Shown here piece by piece: positions 1-8,679 of a stretch of DNA of 64,000 bases. The stretch is from the IMG/VR virus record IMGVR_UViG_3300025122_000008, positions 1 through 64,000 of that record; one strand, 5' to 3'. A model generated the notes under the pieces. It did no database searches, had not been told where the DNA came from, and worked only from the letters and a program-made list of their open reading frames with translations. This DNA comes from a virus. Made by a program: the position numbers and the translations under genes. Positions within the stretch are counted from its first letter, which is position 1. Each line of letters begins with the position of its first letter.

Positions 1-1
1 T

Positions 2-148
2 AATAAATTTCTAGATGGACAATATAGAAAAGACGGAAGCAATAAAGAGTTGTTAAACCTAATTGGCAATTTTGAATTTACCCCTTTTAGAGATGGTATA
101 ATGAAGGTTTTTAAATGGTATAACGAGCAAAGGGTTTGTGAAAAATGA
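2..148 (+). CDS. fcl: GDP-L-fucose synthase, 3' end only (gene starts before the window)
   Basis: Manual translation of frame 2: NKFLDGQYRKDGSNKELLNLIGNFEFTPFRDGIMKVFKWYNEQRVCEK*. This matches the GMER/Fcl C-terminal pattern DGQx(R/K)K..SN..L.....F.FTP...G.....W. gmd lies 1.3 kb downstream, and the stop overlaps the next start (ATGA). Confidence 0.75.
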   Translation, partial: NKFLDGQYRKDGSNKELLNLIGNFEFTPFRDGIMKVFKWYNEQRVCEK

Positions 149-1446
149 AAATAGGCTGCTTAATATATGCCCTCGGTGCTGCTCACGAGAAGATAGCAAA
201 ATGCGCTGTTAATAGTTTTTCTAAATTTCATCCGGATGTTACACTTCATTTTGTAACAAACGACAATGTAGAAGAATATGAAACGACACAAGAATTTGAA
301 ACAGAATATCACAATAATCACGGCATTTTTCGTTATGCATTAGCACTAGAGTTAATGGAAAAAGAACAGTATGATAAATTAATTATTCTAGGCGCCGACA
401 CCATTACTTGCGCAAGATTATCTGAATTTGTAGAAGAAAATGATCATGATATATTAGGTACTTTAGATTACGACTATCAAATAACTTTTCCGTGGCGCCG
501 CGGCGACGGCGACGTTGTAACTATTTATGAACCTACGCTGATTTTACATTATGATGCCTTTACACCATTGCCCAAGCTTAAGTATGATTATTATTATAAT
601 GTAGATGTGCACGAAGCTCAAACGGAACTTATTAAATCCGACAAACAAGGTATCGTGCGCATATTCTACGAAAATATAAATGCTGATGTAATATGTTTTA
701 ATGGTACTTCCGGTTTAAAGGCTGTTGTTGATGCGTCTTTAGATTATTGGGAGCTTTTCTATAATCGAAAAATCAGACCTACCCATGAATTCTATGCCGA
801 ACAGGGTGGGGTAAATATTGTAAATATTTTATCAAAATTGTCAGTAGACTATGCCGGATCTGCACCTCAAGACACAGAGGGAATCACGGTATCTAGGGAA
901 CTTAACCATAGATATATGAAAGAACACCGTATGGTTATTCCCGATATTAAAATTAAAATAGTCGATTCCGATCATGATCGCCCTCGATCGAACCATTACA
1001 CGCCCGGGCGTCATCTCGAACCTCACGTGCCCATATACAACGTACAAGCGAAATTTTCGGATGATATAGAATTTTTTCTAAGAGGAGGCACCGCCCCTCA
1101 ACCGAAAGAATTTCCTAAAATTTTTAAGTTTCTGGAGGAACGTGGGCTTATGGCCCCTACCCCGGCCGAAATACCGCCTTTGAGATTCGACTACATAAGC
1201 TCGGCTATGCAAGAAAAATCAATAAATATTAGAAACTTTACAGTTAAAGATGGTAAACTATACTCTGTAGACGGAAGACAGATTAAAGTATGGCATTATT
1301 GTGATGGATTTTCTGAGGGCACCAAAGAAGAACTGGAGCGCTCGCTGAATTCGTATATCTTTTACTTATTCAATGATGAAACCAAAAACTTTTTTAAAAA
1401 TAATTGCAATTGTGGAAAATTTTTTGATAAACAATTTAAACTATAG
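145..1446 (+). CDS. Putative glycosyltransferase (GT-A / GT8-like, with insertions)
   Basis: Motif order LIILGADT (DxD-like), INADVICFN, EQGGVN, KVWHY resembles GT8-type nucleotide-sugar transferases. Located between fcl and gmd. Confidence 0.5.
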   Translation: MKIGCLIYALGAAHEKIAKCAVNSFSKFHPDVTLHFVTNDNVEEYETTQEFETEYHNNHGIFRYALALELMEKEQYDKLIILGADTITCARLSEFVEENDHDILGTLDYDYQITFPWRRGDGDVVTIYEPTLILHYDAFTPLPKLKYDYYYNVDVHEAQTELIKSDKQGIVRIFYENINADVICFNGTSGLKAVVDASLDYWELFYNRKIRPTHEFYAEQGGVNIVNILSKLSVDYAGSAPQDTEGITVSRELNHRYMKEHRMVIPDIKIKIVDSDHDRPRSNHYTPGRHLEPHVPIYNVQAKFSDDIEFFLRGGTAPQPKEFPKIFKFLEERGLMAPTPAEIPPLRFDYISSAMQEKSINIRNFTVKDGKLYSVDGRQIKVWHYCDGFSEGTKEELERSLNSYIFYLFNDETKNFFKNNCNCGKFFDKQFKL

Positions 1447-1458
1447 AGGGAAAAACAT

Positions 1459-2433
1459 ATGAAAACAGCACTAGTAACAGGAGTTACGGGCCAAGACGGA
1501 TCATATTTAGCGGAGCTTCTGCTATCAAAAGGATATCGTGTAATAGGCGTCAAAAGACGCACATCTTTATTAGCTACCGACAGAATAGATCATATATTTA
1601 ATAACGTTAATTTTATTTTAGAATACGGAAATCTACACGATGCAGGATGCTTTTGGAAGCTGCTATATAAACATATGCCCGACGAAATTTATAACATAGG
1701 GGCGCAATCGCACGTACGTGTTTCTTTTGATGTGCCAGAAGAAACGGTTGATACAATTGCAATGGGCACGTTGAGATTGTTAAACGCATACAAAGAAATT
1801 TGTCCGGACTCTAAATTTTACCAAGCATCATCTTCAGAAATGTTCGGTGATAATCCACTTCCTCCGTTTAATGAAGAGACCACTTTTAGCCCAGCGAGCC
1901 CTTATGCCTGCGCTAAAGTATTTGCACACAATTTGATAAGAAATTATAGAGAAAGCTATAATCTACACGCATCTAGTGGTATATTGTTTAATCACGAGTC
2001 TCCTCGTCGGGGAGAGACGTTTGTTACGAGAAAAATTACTATGGCGGCCGCCAAGATTAAACTGGGGTTACAAAAGGAATTGTATTTGGGCAACTTAAGC
2101 GCGCGCCGTGATTGGGGATATGCCGGAGATTACGTAGAGGCTATGTGGCTTATGTTACAACAGGATGCTCCGGAGGATTATGTTATCGCCACAGGAAAAA
2201 GCCATACGGTTAAAGAATTTTTAAACTATGTGTTTAAATACGCTGGTTTGGGAGATCCAAGCGACTATGTAAAAATAGACGCCAGGCTTTTTAGACCACA
2301 CGAGGTGCCCTTTTTACTTGGTGATCCGAGTAAGGCAAAAAAAGAATTAAATTGGAGTCCCAAAGTGGACTTTAAAGAATTAGCAGAAATGATGTATAAT
2401 GCTGATTATAGACTAATCAAGAAAGGAATATAA
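1459..2433 (+). CDS. gmd: GDP-mannose 4,6-dehydratase
   Basis: ALVTGVTGQDGSYLAELLL, AQSHVRVSF, FYQASSSEMFG, SPYACAK, GILFNHESPRRGETFVTRKIT, RDWGYAGDYVEAMWLMLQQ. Confidence 0.97.
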   Translation: MKTALVTGVTGQDGSYLAELLLSKGYRVIGVKRRTSLLATDRIDHIFNNVNFILEYGNLHDAGCFWKLLYKHMPDEIYNIGAQSHVRVSFDVPEETVDTIAMGTLRLLNAYKEICPDSKFYQASSSEMFGDNPLPPFNEETTFSPASPYACAKVFAHNLIRNYRESYNLHASSGILFNHESPRRGETFVTRKITMAAAKIKLGLQKELYLGNLSARRDWGYAGDYVEAMWLMLQQDAPEDYVIATGKSHTVKEFLNYVFKYAGLGDPSDYVKIDARLFRPHEVPFLLGDPSKAKKELNWSPKVDFKELAEMMYNADYRLIKKGI

Positions 2434-2607
2434 ATGTCTACCAAGAAAAAAAATGAAAATCTATTTAACTACGTCTCTGAGGCAGAGGTTAAAGAATTGG
2501 TCGAGGTAATGTTGGGGGATGCTTTTCGAGAACACTCACGTCAATTGGAAGCACATCTTCGAAGTATACACGATAGAATACAAAATCTAGAAACTACGAG
2601 GCGATAA
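2434..2607 (+). CDS. Small hypothetical protein, 57 aa (not in ORF track)
   Basis: MSTKKKNENLFNYVSEAEVKELVEVMLGDAFREHSRQLEAHLRSIHDRIQNLETTRR*. Starts directly after the gmd stop with AAGGA upstream, ends in a TAATG overlap, and fills the gap exactly. Confidence 0.7.
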   Translation: MSTKKKNENLFNYVSEAEVKELVEVMLGDAFREHSRQLEAHLRSIHDRIQNLETTRR

Positions 2608-2831
2608 TGAAATTATCGAGCCAAGCGATGGGCGCCCTCATGATGGCGCTTCAAAAGTGTCTTATGGAGGAAACTGATATAGTTCCTCTATTAGAAGAAA
2701 TGAATTTTCAAGTGGATGGCACCTCTCAATCAGAACTGGTCATAACCAACCCTCCCGTAGTAACTTTAGAAGATGTGGAAGTAAAAACTGTTCCCGATTT
2801 CGTTGAAAATGTTTTGAACGATACGGAGTAG
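2607..2831 (+). CDS. Hypothetical protein
   Basis: 74 aa ORF with GAGG upstream and a TAATG overlap. Confidence 0.7.
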   Translation: MKLSSQAMGALMMALQKCLMEETDIVPLLEEMNFQVDGTSQSELVITNPPVVTLEDVEVKTVPDFVENVLNDTE

Positions 2832-2845
2832 AGCACGCAATATAT

Positions 2846-3094
2846 ATGCCACGTTATGCCTATAGGTGCGCCCTGTGTAAGAGAGAGTTTATGACGATGC
2901 ATTCTTCTGACGAAGAATTAAAAAAGTGCGATCTCGACGACTGTGGAGGTGCCCTGGTGAAGCTTTTAACCAGGCCCTCTTATGGTAAAAAGAAGGCAAA
3001 GGGGAGAAAAATGGGTGACCTAACAGAAGAATTTATTAAGGATTCTAGAGAGGAATTAAAAAAGCAGCGGGATGAGTTAGAGCAAAACAGATGA
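2846..3094 (+). CDS. FmdB-family zinc-ribbon protein
   Basis: MPRYAYRCALCKREF...CDLDDCGGALVKLL matches the MPxYxYxCxxC...CxxCG ribbon pattern. Confidence 0.8.
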   Translation: MPRYAYRCALCKREFMTMHSSDEELKKCDLDDCGGALVKLLTRPSYGKKKAKGRKMGDLTEEFIKDSREELKKQRDELEQNR

Positions 3095-3435
3095 CATATT
3101 TAGTATTAGGTTTATTAGTATCGGTGGCTTTTAATATTATATTGATTTGGTATTTAAGTAATGTGTTATCTAAACTTTTATATACGTCGGATAATTTAGG
3201 AGATTTGTTTATTGCATTACGTATGTATGAAGGGTTTGTAACCTCTTTATATAATATGGATGCGTATCATGGTGAACCAATTATCGAGGAACTAATACTA
3301 AAAACCAAATTACTTCGTGAAGAAGTACAACGGTTTGATCAGATATATGGGCTTACAACAGATACAGATTCCCTTGAAGAGGTACTAGCGAATGACGATG
3401 ATAGAGAAGAAGAAGAAGCGGCGCAAGAGAACTAA
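3091..3435 (+). CDS. Hypothetical membrane-anchored protein
   Basis: N-terminal hydrophobic helix (YLVLGLLVSVAFNIILIWYL) and an acidic tail. Confidence 0.65.
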   Translation: MTYLVLGLLVSVAFNIILIWYLSNVLSKLLYTSDNLGDLFIALRMYEGFVTSLYNMDAYHGEPIIEELILKTKLLREEVQRFDQIYGLTTDTDSLEEVLANDDDREEEEAAQEN

Positions 3436-4102
3436 AAATTATTATTTTACTAAGGTTCACGAAGAAGCAATAGTAGAATATTCACAACCAAATACCACGA
3501 GAGAGCGCAAGTCTGAGCTTTATGTTGCGCTTATCCAGCCAGCACTCAACGAGATGGTTAATAAAATAGTTTTTACTTATAGGTTTACCTCACTTCCCAA
3601 CATTGACTCTCTAAGAGAGGACTGTAAGATTTGGCTTACTACAATACTTGATAAATATGATCCAGATAAGGGATCAAAAGCATTTTCATATTTTAGCGTT
3701 GTTACTAAAAACTGGTTTATTCACAAGGTAAAGAAAAACGCATCTCGTGCCAAAAAAGAGGTGTACCTTGAGGATATGATAAATAAAGTTGAAGAAGATG
3801 TGGTATCTTCTGAGAAACAATATGACCAAATAAGAGAAGAGCAGGAATTTTGGCAGAATTTTACTAAAGAGATGTCTAGTTGGGACGTGGATATGCTTAA
3901 GGATAATGAAAAAAAAGTTCTTGAAGCGGTTAAGATTATATTTGAGTCCTCGGCCGATATAGAAATTTTCAATAAAAAAGCTATTTATTTATACTTAAGA
4001 GAGATAACGGGTTTGAATACCAAACAAGTGGTTAATAACCTTAATAAGCTTCGTAAAAAATATAGGGTATTTAAAGGAAAATGGGAAAGCGGAGAAATTT
4101 AG
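3392..4102 (+). CDS. RNA polymerase sigma factor, T4 gp55-like (late transcription)
   Basis: Sigma region-2-like segment LDKYDPDKGSKAFSYFSVVTKNWFIHKVKK, N-terminal NYYFT, and a C-terminal HTH-like segment (YLREITGLNTKQVVNNLNKLRKKY). Sits directly upstream of structural genes. Confidence 0.7.
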   Translation: MTMIEKKKKRRKRTKNYYFTKVHEEAIVEYSQPNTTRERKSELYVALIQPALNEMVNKIVFTYRFTSLPNIDSLREDCKIWLTTILDKYDPDKGSKAFSYFSVVTKNWFIHKVKKNASRAKKEVYLEDMINKVEEDVVSSEKQYDQIREEQEFWQNFTKEMSSWDVDMLKDNEKKVLEAVKIIFESSADIEIFNKKAIYLYLREITGLNTKQVVNNLNKLRKKYRVFKGKWESGEI

Positions 4103-4377
4103 AAGATTATATCAACGAAGCAACCCGAAATATTCGGGAGGATCGTGCATTGGCCAAAACACTTCTTATGGAGGCCATGGGCGATATGAAGACTGGAGAA
4201 ACTACTCGCCGCGAACTTGGTCCAATCGCAGCCAAATACATTGAAAACTTACAGCGCTCTAATGAGCAGATGGTTAAGCTAACATCGCTTCTACAGAAAC
4301 AAAGCCATGGCATTGAGGGACTTTCAGAAGAAGACAAAGCAGATATATACGATGTGCTAAACAGAGAAACTGAATAG
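4081..4377 (+). CDS. Hypothetical helical protein
   Basis: 98 aa ORF overlapping both neighbours. Confidence 0.7.
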   Translation: MGKRRNLEDYINEATRNIREDRALAKTLLMEAMGDMKTGETTRRELGPIAAKYIENLQRSNEQMVKLTSLLQKQSHGIEGLSEEDKADIYDVLNRETE

Positions 4378-5621
4378 TGTCTCGTGGGAAAAAAACATCT
4401 CTTTTGGATATTAAATTTGGTGAGCTTAATAGCTCCTATCTTGAGGCCGAAAACGCACCAAACCAACACTCCTTAAGCCATCGGCGCACGTCCATTTCAA
4501 GTGCGTGGAGAGCGGCCAGATCAGACTGGTATACGCCTGATTTAAACGTGGGTCTTGATTCTCCCGCCTACGCCTTAATACTAAGGTCAACCCAACAAAA
4601 GAGGCCCTTGATGACAAATTCTGTACAGCTACTCAAGGCTAACTTTAATTCGACCTCCGTTAACGAAGAAGTGTTGGTTACCGAGGTGCCTAAATATTAT
4701 ACGTATAAAGTTTGGCCACTTGAATATAATTCAGCTGCTCACGAACCTCCTAAAAGCCTATCCGAGGTTAAAGGAATGCACCAGGGTAGAATTAATATGG
4801 CGCCAGACGCGTTTGCCGAAATGGGTTCTAGTCTAGAGGGGGTATCGCTGCCGCCGGGGCTGGTTTGTGAGTATAGATATGGGAATAAATATGGAATAGA
4901 CACTATAGTGCTTACTAAAGTTGCTGGCGAACAATTTCAATTTCAAGGCGTAAAAATAGATGATTCTTGGAAAGGTGCTGTATTACAAACACACATGAAT
5001 GTTCCCCCGGCTCCACAAGCCATTATCCCTGGAAACCTTATGTTGATTGGCGACAGTCAAACCTCGTCAGTCACTTTTAGATCTACTTTGAAAGCCGGGC
5101 TAAAAGCGAAGGGGATCACAATGCATGCGCAGTGGAAATCTGGTACTGGAGTGCTAGCTTGGGGACAGAAATCAGAAGGGGATTATTGGGAAATCGAGAA
5201 TCCGTATGGTAAATTATTTTCTGAAGTTAATAATTTTCGGCCAGAACACATTATCATAGAGCTTGGAGGAAACGACAGTCGTGTATATTTTAAGAAAGAA
5301 TCCGCGTATGGAATAAGATTAAGGTTGTGGGCAAAACTTCTTATTGCAACCGGTGCAAAGATTTATTGGTTCGGCCCTTCTTTTTCAACTCAGACTGGTT
5401 ATGACCCTTTGAGACAAAAGATAAGAGATTTTCAAAGAAATATATTCTCCAACACATCTGTAACCTGGTATGACATGGTACCACATACGACTGGCCTAAC
5501 TTATCAGGCTAATGATCCAGGGGTGCACTTTGATCAGAGTTCATATAAAACGTGGGCCGAGCGCTTGCTTGCCGCGGCGCCGCTAGCAAATATTTCTCAT
5601 ACGGCGGCCCCAAGCGCATAA
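4377..5621 (+). CDS. Baseplate-hub-associated paralogue 1: shared N-terminal domain plus SGNH/GDSL hydrolase
   Basis: First ~200 aa are homologous to the next two genes. C-terminal SGNH blocks: LMLIGDSQT, KSGTG, IIIELGGND, NDPGVHF. GTG start overlaps the previous TAG. Confidence 0.75.
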   Translation: MSRGKKTSLLDIKFGELNSSYLEAENAPNQHSLSHRRTSISSAWRAARSDWYTPDLNVGLDSPAYALILRSTQQKRPLMTNSVQLLKANFNSTSVNEEVLVTEVPKYYTYKVWPLEYNSAAHEPPKSLSEVKGMHQGRINMAPDAFAEMGSSLEGVSLPPGLVCEYRYGNKYGIDTIVLTKVAGEQFQFQGVKIDDSWKGAVLQTHMNVPPAPQAIIPGNLMLIGDSQTSSVTFRSTLKAGLKAKGITMHAQWKSGTGVLAWGQKSEGDYWEIENPYGKLFSEVNNFRPEHIIIELGGNDSRVYFKKESAYGIRLRLWAKLLIATGAKIYWFGPSFSTQTGYDPLRQKIRDFQRNIFSNTSVTWYDMVPHTTGLTYQANDPGVHFDQSSYKTWAERLLAAAPLANISHTAAPSA

Positions 5622-5665
5622 AAGTAAATGTTGGGGGTAATTATAGACGAACTACGGTATATAAC

Positions 5666-6295
5666 ATGGTAAACAAATATAAAAATATTTCAGACATTAA
5701 ATTTGGCCAACTTAACGATTCGCTTTTACAGGCAGAATTCAGCCCCGCTCAGCAAACTTTAAGCAGAAGACGAACCTCTACGACTCAGGCACTTAGGGCC
5801 CCCGTTAAAAGTCTTTATGAACAAGATTTGGCCAAGGGCACTGACCGCGCGGCCTTTGCCATAATATTAAGGGCTACCGAGCAAAAGAGGCCCTTGATGA
5901 CAAATTCTGCGCAATTGCTTAAGGCCAATTTTAACTCGACTTCTGTCGGTGAAGAGGTGTTGATTACTGAAGTACCCAGGTATTATACTTATAAAGTTTG
6001 GGTTTCGGAGGGGCCTTCCGCTGCCCACGAACCTCCTAAAAACCTATCCGAGGTTAAAGGAATGCACCAGGGTAGAATTAATATGGCGCCAGATGCGTTT
6101 GTTGCTTCGGGTACCGGCTTTGAAGGTACTAGGCTTCCCCCCGGATTAGTTTGTGAGTATAGATATGGAGATAAATATGCCCAGGCGCCCATAATATTAA
6201 CCAGGCCGGCCCCTATACAGTTTCAACTGCCGGGCGTCAAAATGGATGATACCTGGAAGAATCCCCTGAGGCCCCGGTCGGGTTTGGTGACTTAG
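5666..6295 (+). CDS. Baseplate-hub-associated paralogue 2: shared N-terminal domain only
   Basis: Start reassigned to ATG 5666 (MVNKYKNISDIKFGQLN), which aligns with the starts of paralogues 1 and 3. Ends shortly after the shared GVKMDDTWK motif. Confidence 0.7.
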   Translation: MVNKYKNISDIKFGQLNDSLLQAEFSPAQQTLSRRRTSTTQALRAPVKSLYEQDLAKGTDRAAFAIILRATEQKRPLMTNSAQLLKANFNSTSVGEEVLITEVPRYYTYKVWVSEGPSAAHEPPKNLSEVKGMHQGRINMAPDAFVASGTGFEGTRLPPGLVCEYRYGDKYAQAPIILTRPAPIQFQLPGVKMDDTWKNPLRPRSGLVT

Positions 6296-6296
6296 T

Positions 6297-7592
6297 ATGG
6301 CAAGAAAATATAAAACTATTTCAGATATTAAATTCGGAGAGCTTAATGGTTCGCTTCTCCAGGCGGAATTAAGCATGGAACAGGACTCTTTAAGTAAAAG
6401 GCGAACCTCTACGACTCAGACGCTTAGAGCGCCAGCTAAGGCACAATATGAACAAGATTTAGTCGGCGGATCCGATCGTCCTCAGCTTGCTATAATACTG
6501 AGAAGCACCGAACAAAAGAGGCCCTTGATGACAAGTCCGATACAATTACTTAGGGCCAACTTTAATTCAACCTCTGTCAGCGAAGAGGTGTTGATTACTG
6601 AAGTACCCAGGTATTATACTTATAAAGTTTGGCCGATCGAATATAATTCCGCAGCTCTAGAGCCACCCAAAAGTTTGTCCGCTGTTAAAGGAATACATCA
6701 GGGCAGAATTAACATGGCGCCAGATGCATTTTGTGCACCAGGATCTGATTTTGAGGGCGTCGGGCTTCCCGAAGGATTGGTTTGTGAGTATAGATATGGA
6801 GATAAATATTCTCTTTCTCCTATACTGTTAACGCGCCCGGCCGATATACAGTTTCAGCTACCGGGCGTTAAGATGGATGACACCTGGAAAAGTCACATGA
6901 AACAACGCTTTCAATTAGATCCCATGAATATTCCTGGTCCAGTGGTACCCGTAAAGGATACTATTGACTTTTTCAACAAAATGAAGGGAAGTGGCAAATT
7001 CCCCGGGTTCTGTGATGCTATGATTGCTGGCATGGTGGCGAATGCCAAAAGTGAATCCAATTTTAGGAACAATGCTGTTGGTGACAAAGTTAGCGATCTT
7101 GGCGCCAACGCCAGACGTACTGAACGAGCCATTTTTACTACTCCACGCCAGAAAACTAAATGGACTGGTACCGGCGGCGAAGATTATTATTGTTCTTTCG
7201 GATATTGGCAATTGAACGTTTGCGGCGGCGGTGGCGTAAGATTTGCAAAAAAATTTGGATTTTGGCCAACTCACGCGGGGAACAAACAAGCTCTTCTTAC
7301 GGCCATACACGACCCAGATAAACAATTTGACTTTATGTTTGAAGAGATGAAAAGAATATTTGGGAGTAAAGTATCGGACTGTTCTCTGGATGGCACATAC
7401 TGGGGCCAACAAATAGCAATAAAATTTGAAAAATGCGTTGGTTGCTTTGAGCCGGGGTACAGAAAAGTTACAGAATCAGGAAGAGTATTAGACGACAGGG
7501 GGACATTAAAACGTGGTGCAGTTGCTCAAGGTTTGCTTGAGGTTGTTAACAAGGGTGGGATCCCCGGCAGACCCATACCCCCCATTGATTAA
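6297..7592 (+). CDS. Baseplate-hub-associated paralogue 3: shared N-terminal domain plus phage-tail-lysozyme-like domain
   Basis: Shared N-terminal domain, then IAGMVANAKSESNF..NAVGD...SFGYWQLN...DPDKQFDFMFEEM...FEK, the pattern of the phage tail lysozyme (lysozyme-like, catalytic ES) family. Confidence 0.7.
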   Translation: MARKYKTISDIKFGELNGSLLQAELSMEQDSLSKRRTSTTQTLRAPAKAQYEQDLVGGSDRPQLAIILRSTEQKRPLMTSPIQLLRANFNSTSVSEEVLITEVPRYYTYKVWPIEYNSAALEPPKSLSAVKGIHQGRINMAPDAFCAPGSDFEGVGLPEGLVCEYRYGDKYSLSPILLTRPADIQFQLPGVKMDDTWKSHMKQRFQLDPMNIPGPVVPVKDTIDFFNKMKGSGKFPGFCDAMIAGMVANAKSESNFRNNAVGDKVSDLGANARRTERAIFTTPRQKTKWTGTGGEDYYCSFGYWQLNVCGGGGVRFAKKFGFWPTHAGNKQALLTAIHDPDKQFDFMFEEMKRIFGSKVSDCSLDGTYWGQQIAIKFEKCVGCFEPGYRKVTESGRVLDDRGTLKRGAVAQGLLEVVNKGGIPGRPIPPID

Positions 7593-7609
7593 AAAAAAGA
7601 TATAGGATA

Positions 7610-7616
7610 CTAATTA
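7610..7616 (+). promoter_or_regulatory. Putative late promoter motif CTAATTA
   Basis: Intergenic, 4 nt before ATG 7621. The same motif recurs in many intergenic gaps. Confidence 0.45.
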
Positions 7617-7620
7617 TATT

Positions 7621-8667
7621 ATGGCAGACGAAGACAACAGCTTCCTGACAAATCCAGGACCTGAAAACGACAATAGCGCAGGATCATTTGGGACCTTTAA
7701 ATTAAAGAAACCTTCAATGCTGGCACCACAAGGAAACAACAAGAGGCCCATACAATTGTCGATTTCTCCTGCTGTAAGACAACAGTTTGAGGAGATGACA
7801 GATGAGGCTAAACTTATGTATTCTGGGGTGGGAAATGCAAAAACTCCCCCCACCGACGTTCCAAACTATATCGCCGCAGAAGCAGAAGATATTATATCAA
7901 ATGGCAACTCTTGGATTGTGTTGGGTAAGGATCGGCCCGGAACTATTGGTGATGGGTTTGGCGGCCTAGGCAATACTCATTGTGCAGCGATTGATTTAGT
8001 CGCAGGTAGAATGGGCGGCCGAGCCACACAAATGGACGCACAGAACGAGGCCGTATATGTAAATCCTAATTTCACTATGGATGCCGCGCGCATATATATT
8101 TCTCAAAAATCTGATATTGATCATTATTTAGATCTTAGGCCCGGAACGGTGGGGAACACAACATATCTTAAGCCCGCATCCGCAGTAGCGCTCAAAGCGG
8201 ATGCCATACGAATCGTCGGACGAGAGGGTATAAAACTTGTTACATGTACAGATGTTGAGAACTCTCAAACAGGAGATGTGAATGTTAATGCCGGAATAGA
8301 CCTGATCGCGAACAATGACGACGAAGATATGCAGCCACTAGTTAAAGGCGATTATTTAGTTTCAGCATTGCAGGAGATATTTATACAGATAAATGATACT
8401 CGCGAAATATTATATAATTTTCTAGCAACCCAAAAGGATTTTAATCGCGAGATAATGTCACACACTCACCACTCTCCATTCTTTGGTATTCTAACATCTC
8501 CCTCTCCTGCGGTTTTGGCACAAGGGGTTAAGAACATGATTGATATTATCAAGGGTGCTGAGGTTCAGTGTTATAATCACCTTAATAACAGCAATATGGC
8601 CCAGCTGAAATATGCTAAAGAAACTGGAGCAGCGTACGTACTTAGTAAGTATAATCACACCAATTAA
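7621..8667 (+). CDS. Baseplate central spike-like protein (gp5 C-terminal / gpV-like)
   Basis: Alternating beta-strand segments (WIVLG, IDLVAG, RIYISQ, VALKADAIRIVGREGIKLVT), QPLVKGD, and SHTH, the HxH metal-binding tip motif of spikes. Precedes gp25/gp6. Confidence 0.55.
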   Translation: MADEDNSFLTNPGPENDNSAGSFGTFKLKKPSMLAPQGNNKRPIQLSISPAVRQQFEEMTDEAKLMYSGVGNAKTPPTDVPNYIAAEAEDIISNGNSWIVLGKDRPGTIGDGFGGLGNTHCAAIDLVAGRMGGRATQMDAQNEAVYVNPNFTMDAARIYISQKSDIDHYLDLRPGTVGNTTYLKPASAVALKADAIRIVGREGIKLVTCTDVENSQTGDVNVNAGIDLIANNDDEDMQPLVKGDYLVSALQEIFIQINDTREILYNFLATQKDFNREIMSHTHHSPFFGILTSPSPAVLAQGVKNMIDIIKGAEVQCYNHLNNSNMAQLKYAKETGAAYVLSKYNHTN

Positions 8668-8679
8668 CACAAAAATATT

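Noticed and set aside
5552-5665. ORF-track start at 5552 (likewise 46167 and 59371)
   Set aside because: These extensions overlap upstream genes. Paralogue alignment, signal peptide and ATGA coupling support starts at 5666, 46263 and 59395.
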